From: an uncultured Bacilli bacterium
GTDB lineage: Bacteria > Bacillota_I > Bacilli_A > RF39 > UBA660
Assembly: GCA_934130105.1 (NCBI GenBank)
Contig: CAKOXL010000001.1
Span: forward strand, 3,431-67,430
Length of the DNA stretch: 64,000 nt
Reading direction: 5' to 3'
Shown here: positions 57,739 to 64,000 of the stretch, piece after piece
Numbering within the stretch: the stretch's first letter is position 1
Layout: the number at the start of each line of letters is the position of its first letter
The notes under the pieces: model-generated
What the model saw: the letters and a program-made list of their open reading frames with translations, nothing else
Databases searched by the model: none
What the model was told of the DNA's origin: nothing
Program-made: the position numbers and the translations under genes

Positions 57739-60132
57739 ATGGAAGAATATCAAAACGTATTATCTAGTACTGAACTAGAAAAAATTGATAAATATTTTAG
57801 AGCTGCCAATTATTTATCAGTAGGACAGCTTTATCTAAGAGATAATCCTCTTTTAAGAGAACCGCTAAAATTTAGTGATATCAAAAGAAATATTGTAGGC
57901 CATTGGGGAACAGTACCAGGGCAAACATTTATCTATACCCATTTAAATCGAATTATAAAAAAATATGATTTAGATATGATTTATTTATCTGGACCAGGTC
58001 ATGGTGGAAACGCTATTGTATCAGAAGTGTATTTAGAGGGAACATATAGTGAAATATACCCAAACATTACAGAAGATATAGAAGGCATGAAAAAACTATT
58101 TAAACAATTTTCCTTCCCTGGAGGAATTTCAAGCCATGTAGCGCCAGAAACACCAGGATCTATCCATGAAGGTGGAGAACTTGGTTATAGCTTAGCTCAT
58201 GCTTTTGGAGCAGTACTTGATAATCCAAACTTAATAGCTACTTGTGTAGTAGGTGATGGAGAAGCAGAAACAGGTCCTTTAGCTACTAGTTGGCATTATA
58301 ATAAATTCTTAAATCCCAAAACAGATGGAGCTATTATTCCAATTCTGCATTTAAATGGTTATAAAATAGCTAATCCTACCATTTTTTCAAGAATTAGTGA
58401 AGAAGAATTATTATCATTTTTTAAGGGCTGTGGCTACGAACCATTTATAGTAAGTGGAGATGAACCATTAATAATGCATCAAAAAATGGCTTATACACTA
58501 GATAAAGTAGTAGAAAAAATTAAAAAAATTCAAGAAGATGCTAGAAAAAATAATAACCAAGCCCGACCAATTTGGCCTATGATTATTTTAAAAACACCAA
58601 AAGGTTGGACAGGCCCTAAAGTAGTAGATGGAAAAGAAATAGAAAACTCCTTTAGAGCGCATCAAGTGCCAGTTATTATTTCTGAAAATTGTCCTGAAAA
58701 TGTTAAGATATTAGAAGAGTGGTTAAGAAGCTATCATCCAGAAGAATTATTTGATGAAAATGGTACCTTACTGAAAGAATTAAAGGAACTAGCTCCTATC
58801 GGAAATAAAAGAATGAGTGCTAATCCAAATGCTAATGGTGGGATACTTTTAAAAGAATTACGTACTCCCAACTTTAGAGATTACGAAGTAAAAGTAGATG
58901 TACCTGGTGATACAATGGCTCAAGATATGAAAGAATTAGGTAGGTATGTAAGAGATTTAGTAAAACTAAACGAAGATAAAAATAATTTTAGAATCTTTGG
59001 ACCAGATGAAGCATTATCAAACCGTTTAAACTATGTATTTGAAGCTACAAATCGTCAATTTAATGCAACGACTTATGAAAAAGATGAGTTTTTAGCACCA
59101 ACCGGCAGAGTACTTGATTCATATTTATCAGAGCATGCCTGTGAAGGATGGTTAGAAGGTTACTTGTTAACAGGTAGACATGGTTTCTTTCATACCTATG
59201 AAGCTTTTGCTCGTATCATTGATTCTATGGCAAGTCAACATGCTAAATGGTTAAAAGTAACAAAGGAGCTTCCATGGCGTAGACCAATTGCTTCTCTAAA
59301 TTATGTTTTATCAAGCCACATTTGGCAACAAGATCATAATGGTTACACTCACCAAGATCCAGGCTTTTTATCACACCTAGTAACCAAAAAAGCAGATATT
59401 GCGAGAATATATTTGCCACCAGATGCTAATTGCTTATTATCATGCTTTGATCATTGCATCAAAACAAAAAACTATATCAACGTAATAGTAGCAAGTAAAC
59501 ATCCACGTCCTCAGTGGTTAACTATGGAACAAGCAGTTAAACATTGTACTCAAGGAATTGGTATTTGGGAATGGGCAAGTAATGATAAAAATAGTGAAAC
59601 TGATATCGTAATGGCATGTTGTGGTGACACACCAACTTTAGAAACTTTAGCAGCTGTTGCGATACTAAGAAGTAATTTTCCAGAAATTAAAGTTAGAGTG
59701 GTAAATGTAGTTGATCTAATGAGACTTCAGTCAAACTTAGAACATCCTCATGGTCTAACAGATGCTGATTATGATTTACTATTTACTAAAGATAAACCAA
59801 TTATCTTTGCTTTCCATGGCTATCCATCACTAATTCATCAACTAACTTATAAACGTACTAATAAAGATTTACATGTTCATGGCTATAAAGAAGAAGGAAC
59901 TATCACAACACCATTTGATATGCGTGTCCAAAACGAAATAGATCGTTATCATTTAGTAATGGATGCCTTAAAATATTTACCACAACTAGAAAATCGTGGC
60001 GCTATTTTAAATCAATGGTGTAAAGATAAATTAGTAGAACATAAAGAATATATCCGTGAATATGGTGATGATTTAGAAGAAATTAAAAATTGGACTTGGA
60101 AAAAGGCAACTGATAATAGAGATTTAATATAG
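57739..60132 (+). CDS. xfp: xylulose-5-phosphate/fructose-6-phosphate phosphoketolase
   Basis: 797 aa with N-terminal [15 protein letters not shown]..., GHWGT and EGGELGYS motifs, typical of XFP. Confidence 0.9.
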   Translation: MEEYQNVLSSTELEKIDKYFRAANYLSVGQLYLRDNPLLREPLKFSDIKRNIVGHWGTVPGQTFIYTHLNRIIKKYDLDMIYLSGPGHGGNAIVSEVYLEGTYSEIYPNITEDIEGMKKLFKQFSFPGGISSHVAPETPGSIHEGGELGYSLAHAFGAVLDNPNLIATCVVGDGEAETGPLATSWHYNKFLNPKTDGAIIPILHLNGYKIANPTIFSRISEEELLSFFKGCGYEPFIVSGDEPLIMHQKMAYTLDKVVEKIKKIQEDARKNNNQARPIWPMIILKTPKGWTGPKVVDGKEIENSFRAHQVPVIISENCPENVKILEEWLRSYHPEELFDENGTLLKELKELAPIGNKRMSANPNANGGILLKELRTPNFRDYEVKVDVPGDTMAQDMKELGRYVRDLVKLNEDKNNFRIFGPDEALSNRLNYVFEATNRQFNATTYEKDEFLAPTGRVLDSYLSEHACEGWLEGYLLTGRHGFFHTYEAFARIIDSMASQHAKWLKVTKELPWRRPIASLNYVLSSHIWQQDHNGYTHQDPGFLSHLVTKKADIARIYLPPDANCLLSCFDHCIKTKNYINVIVASKHPRPQWLTMEQAVKHCTQGIGIWEWASNDKNSETDIVMACCGDTPTLETLAAVAILRSNFPEIKVRVVNVVDLMRLQSNLEHPHGLTDADYDLLFTKDKPIIFAFHGYPSLIHQLTYKRTNKDLHVHGYKEEGTITTPFDMRVQNEIDRYHLVMDALKYLPQLENRGAILNQWCKDKLVEHKEYIREYGDDLEEIKNWTWKKATDNRDLI

Positions 60133-60159
60133 CTATTATAAAATAAATATTTTTAACTA

Positions 60160-60189
60160 GACATTCTTTACGAATGTCTTTTGTTGTTA
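60160..60189 (+). terminator. rho-independent terminator after xfp
   Basis: agacattc/gaatgtct hairpin plus T-rich tail. Confidence 0.55.
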
Positions 60190-60283
60190 TAAATTATCAT
60201 TATCAACTTAACAAAATGGTAAAACTAACTTTAACTCTTATCCTTTACTTCCTCTTATGTTATAATAATATTAAAGAAAAGAA

Positions 60284-60829
60284 GTGCTTATTATGATTAC
60301 CAGAAAAACAAGTTCTAGAAACGATAAGAGAATATACAATAAAACAAAAAGATATCTTAAACGCATTAATGATGATAATATAGATGAAAAAATGTTAACA
60401 GTAAAAAAAGTACTTGCAATTACAGACTATGAAGCAAGATATAACTATTTATATGATCTAATTTGTGATTATTTAGATAATGAATTTAAAAATAAAAATA
60501 TTTGTGGTTTTGATTGTGGAATATGTAAAAGAAGAAAAAGCATGATTGAAAATGGTATTATTAAAAGCTGTTACGAAAATGGTTGTTGCTATGGATATAA
60601 AAAAGAACAAGCCTGTAAGTATTTAATACCAGGTGTTGGATGTAGTATTAAAAATATTGCCTGTAAGACTTTTACTTGTTTCTATTTAAGGAAGCAAGGC
60701 TACCGTTATAAATTAAATAATATTTACTTAGCTAGGTATTTCTTCAATTTAAGACAAAAATTTTATATTGAAAACACATATTTCGTTGATAAAAATGTTA
60801 TAATAGATGGAATATTAAAAAGAAGGTGA
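60284..60829 (+). CDS. YkgJ-like cysteine-cluster protein
   Basis: CGFDCGIC...CYENGCCYG...C...C Cys-rich pattern (CxxCxxCC). Confidence 0.4.
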   Translation: MLIMITRKTSSRNDKRIYNKTKRYLKRINDDNIDEKMLTVKKVLAITDYEARYNYLYDLICDYLDNEFKNKNICGFDCGICKRRKSMIENGIIKSCYENGCCYGYKKEQACKYLIPGVGCSIKNIACKTFTCFYLRKQGYRYKLNNIYLARYFFNLRQKFYIENTYFVDKNVIIDGILKRR

Positions 60830-60833
60830 AATT

Positions 60834-61568
60834 TTGAATAAAGTTGTATTAATAACTGGAGCATCTCGTGGTATTGGTAAATCCATTGCCCAAGAATTTG
60901 CTAGTAAAGGTTATAATGTTGTGATAAATTATCTAACAAGTAAAGAAAATGCTCTAGAACTACAAAAAGAAATAGAATCAAAATACCATGTTAAAGCACT
61001 AACTATAAAAGCAGATGTAGCAGATGAAAAAGAAGTTTTAAATATGGTTGATGCTGTAATAGCTGAGTTTGGTTTTATTGATGTTCTTGTAAATAATGCG
61101 GCAATCGCAATCGATACTATTTTTGAAGATAAAAATAAAGAAAACTTTTTAAAAATATTAAATACTAATTTAATAGGCCCATTCTTAGTAAGTAAAGAAG
61201 TAGCTAAATATATGTTAGCTAGAAAAAAAGGTTCTATTATTAATATCTCATCAACTAATGGTATTGATACAATATATCCAGAAAGTTTAGACTATGATGC
61301 TTCAAAAGCAGGTTTAATATCCCTTACCAAAAATTTAGCTATCGAATATGCTCCTTATATTAGAGTTAATTCTGTTGCTCCAGGTTGGGTTGTAACCGAT
61401 ATGAATAAAGAGTTAGATTATGATTTTATAAAAGAAGAAGAAAAAAAGATTTTGTTAGCTAGATTTGCAGATCCTATGGAAATAGCTAAGGTAGTTTCTT
61501 TTTTAGCAAGTGATGATGCAAGTTACATTAACGGTACTATTATTAGAGTAGATGGTGGAGAAAAATAA
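60834..61568 (+). CDS. SDR-family oxidoreductase (FabG-like)
   Basis: TGASRGIGKSIA Rossmann motif, NNAA, catalytic YDASKAG. Confidence 0.7.
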   Translation: MNKVVLITGASRGIGKSIAQEFASKGYNVVINYLTSKENALELQKEIESKYHVKALTIKADVADEKEVLNMVDAVIAEFGFIDVLVNNAAIAIDTIFEDKNKENFLKILNTNLIGPFLVSKEVAKYMLARKKGSIINISSTNGIDTIYPESLDYDASKAGLISLTKNLAIEYAPYIRVNSVAPGWVVTDMNKELDYDFIKEEEKKILLARFADPMEIAKVVSFLASDDASYINGTIIRVDGGEK

Positions 61569-61579
61569 GAGGTGATTTT

Positions 61580-62845
61580 ATGTATAAAGAATTAGATATA
61601 GATGATAAAGTAGTTAAAATTTTTGAAGAACAAGAAAAAGAGTTAACGGATATTTTTAGTAATATAGACAAAATGGAAAATAATAATACTTTAAAAGTGT
61701 TGAGTAGTTTTCACAAACATCATATTAGTGAAGTACATTTTACTTCAACTACTGGTTATGGCTATAATGATATTGGAAGAGATACAATTGAAAAAGTTTT
61801 TGCTGATATTTTAGGTAGTGAAGATGCAATAGTACGTAGTCAGTTTATTTCTGGTACTCATGCACTTACAGTAGCACTTTTTGCATATCTTAGACCTAAT
61901 GATATCATGTTAAGTATTACTGGTACACCATATGATACACTACATGAAGTAATTGGTATCAAAGAAAACCCAAGTAGTTTAGCATCATTTGGTGTAAAGT
62001 ATGATGAAATTGATCTATTGAATGATGATTTTGACTATGATAAAATAAAGAAATACTTAATAAATAATAAAGTAAAACTAATTGAAATTCAAAGATCAAA
62101 AGGATATTCAACCAGAAAAAGTCTAACAATAGATAAATTATCTAAAGTAGTAAAAGAAATACGTAGCGTAGATAAAGATGTAATAATTATGGTTGATAAT
62201 TGTTATTGCGAATTTGTTGAAGATACTACGCCAATTGAAGTTGGATGTGATGTGATGGTAGGATCTTTAATTAAAAATTTAGGTGGAGGAATTGCCCCAA
62301 ATGGAGCTTATATAGCAGGAAGTAAAAAACTAGTTGAACTAGCAGGTGAAAGATTAACTTGTCCAGGTGAAGGAAGAGAAGTAGGACCAACTTTGGGAAT
62401 TAATAGACAAATACTCCAAGGCCTATTTTTTGCACCAAGCGTTGTTGCTTCAAGTTTAAAAACAGCTATCATAACAAGCAAAGTGCTTTCTTATTTAGGA
62501 TATAATGTTGAACCAAAATATGATGAGAAACGTGCCGATATAGTCCAAAATGTTATATTTAATGACAAAGATGCCTTAATAAAATATTGTCAAGGCATCC
62601 AAATGGCATCTCCAATTGATTCTAATGCCATACCTTATCCTTGGGATATGCCTGGTTATACCGATCAAGTAATAATGGCAGCTGGTTGCTTTACCATGGG
62701 TTCATCAATCGAATTATCATGTGATGGACCATTAAGAAGTCCATATATTGCCTATCAACAAGGTGGCCTAACATATTGTTATGGTAAGTTAGGAGTAATG
62801 AAAGCAGTAACTGAATTATTAAGGATGAAAAATGAAAATAAATAA
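61580..62845 (+). CDS. PLP-dependent Cys/Met-metabolism-type enzyme (YnbB / 'aluminium resistance' family-like)
   Basis: 421 aa; family assignment by overall resemblance; the PLP-binding Lys was not localised. Confidence 0.5.
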   Translation: MYKELDIDDKVVKIFEEQEKELTDIFSNIDKMENNNTLKVLSSFHKHHISEVHFTSTTGYGYNDIGRDTIEKVFADILGSEDAIVRSQFISGTHALTVALFAYLRPNDIMLSITGTPYDTLHEVIGIKENPSSLASFGVKYDEIDLLNDDFDYDKIKKYLINNKVKLIEIQRSKGYSTRKSLTIDKLSKVVKEIRSVDKDVIIMVDNCYCEFVEDTTPIEVGCDVMVGSLIKNLGGGIAPNGAYIAGSKKLVELAGERLTCPGEGREVGPTLGINRQILQGLFFAPSVVASSLKTAIITSKVLSYLGYNVEPKYDEKRADIVQNVIFNDKDALIKYCQGIQMASPIDSNAIPYPWDMPGYTDQVIMAAGCFTMGSSIELSCDGPLRSPYIAYQQGGLTYCYGKLGVMKAVTELLRMKNENK

Positions 62846-63110
62846 TAAAGATATTTCGGTAGAAGAATTGGTAAATAATTTAAATCCAAGATCCAATTTA
62901 TCAAATAATAATTTCTTTTATTTATCAGATAATCAGCTACAAATATTAAAAAGATATGGCTTTGCAGTTGAAAATTATACTAATGTTAAAACTTTAATAT
63001 TCGATATTGAAAATTATTTAAATGATAACTATGATAATTATCCATATGATTTAGAAGACGTGGTAAGTGGGCTATCAGAATATAATTACTACCATAACAC
63101 CAATAAATAA
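62832..63110 (+). CDS. hypothetical protein
   Basis: 92-aa ORF overlapping the preceding stop. Confidence 0.35.
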   Translation: MKINNKDISVEELVNNLNPRSNLSNNNFFYLSDNQLQILKRYGFAVENYTNVKTLIFDIENYLNDNYDNYPYDLEDVVSGLSEYNYYHNTNK

Positions 63111-63235
63111 AAATACTAAAAAAGATGTTGATTAAGTGTTTAAATTATCAACATCTTTTTCATTCAAAAAATTCAAAAAATTCAAAAATTACTAGAATAA
63201 GGCAAAGAAAAAAGAACTAGCATTAGCTAAGTTCC

Positions 63236-64000
63236 CTATCTTCTTTTATTATTATTCTCATTAGGCTCATTAATATTATCATCAATTTGTACTGTTACTA
63301 ATTGTTGTTCTGCCACACTACTAATTTTATCAGATAATCTTTCATTACTACTAATAATTCTAGTAATAGTAACATTTTGTTCATTACGAAGGTCAATTAT
63401 TCTAGAATTATTAGGTTCTGCAGTAAGTGTTTTAACTGTTGGCTTTGAAGTATCAATTCCTAAATTGTAATCAATTACTTTGGCATATTCACCAGTAGAT
63501 AATTGAACCCTTACACCTCTTGAATAAAGAGGAATATTATTTTTAAATAACTGATATAAATCATTATTAATTACACCATTAACTGATGCTTGATCCATGA
63601 TGGTACTAACGTTTTCTAAAGGATAATCTTGAGAAAGTGTATTAGTTAATAAGCTGTCATATAAATTGCATAAATATATAATTTTACTTCCTATTTCGGT
63701 ATTATTACTAGAACTAATACTATTAGATTTAAATAATGCACCTCTTTCAGGCTCAGAACTATGTAATACCATACTACAAATTGTACTAGAAAATGCATTT
63801 TTTAAAGCAACATAGGAATAAACAACATTATATTTAGGATCATATGGCTTTTGAAGCAAATCGCTTGGAATATTAGGATAAGTTTTCAAAAATTGATCTG
63901 AAAATTGAAAAACAGATAATTTTTTCATTTCTCTTGGATCGGTATAACGTTGTCCATAGTCATGAAGTAGTGCTGCTGTTCCTATACTTTCAACATCTAA
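63236..64000 (-). CDS. HD-domain protein (partial; 5' end beyond the window)
   Basis: The minus-strand frame is open from 64000 to 63236; AALLHDYGQ, an HD-motif-like sequence, lies just upstream of the ORF-track start Met. Confidence 0.5.
   Translation of the reverse strand, partial: LDVESIGTAALLHDYGQRYTDPREMKKLSVFQFSDQFLKTYPNIPSDLLQKPYDPKYNVVYSYVALKNAFSSTICSMVLHSSEPERGALFKSNSISSSNNTEIGSKIIYLCNLYDSLLTNTLSQDYPLENVSTIMDQASVNGVINNDLYQLFKNNIPLYSRGVRVQLSTGEYAKVIDYNLGIDTSKPTVKTLTAEPNNSRIIDLRNEQNVTITRIISSNERLSDKISSVAEQQLVTVQIDDNINEPNENNNKRR

Overview
Low-GC (~28% GC) Firmicutes-type chromosome segment from a spore-former using the standard genetic code (code 11). Long ORFs are intact with TGA as stop, and Trp is encoded by TGG. 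Housekeeping synteny dominates: cysE (partial), der, spoIVA, hup, cca, dnaD-nth, mscL, zupT, recU-ponA, tsaE-tsaB-rimI-tsaD, sufCDSUB, ssb, pdp and xfp. Two accessory regions stand out. (1) A ~5.7 kb integrative element (21499..27176) with a large serine recombinase at its right end has split an ABC-transporter substrate-binding-protein gene in two; it carries a PD-(D/E)xK-like protein, an ABC-type AAA ATPase and a cytoplasmic BspA-type LRR protein. (2) A complete type II-A CRISPR-Cas9 locus (51.5-57.6 kb): promoter and 5'-UTR hairpin, a compact 1096-aa Cas9 with intact RuvC and HNH motifs, a tracrRNA with its own promoter and terminator between cas9 and cas1, cas1-cas2-csn2, and an 8-repeat/7-spacer array. 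All three adaptation genes carry lesions (cas1 +1 frameshift in a T6 run, cas2 in-frame TGA, csn2 in-frame TAA), while about 40 other genes in the window are intact. This points to an interference-only Cas9 system with a decayed acquisition module. Smaller observations are an HxlR-macro-SirTM module, a 150-bp gene-fragment direct repeat bracketing a metalloprotease module, an extra ORF inside the suf operon, and a VTC/DUF4956/beta-helix triad. No rRNA or tRNA genes were recognised.
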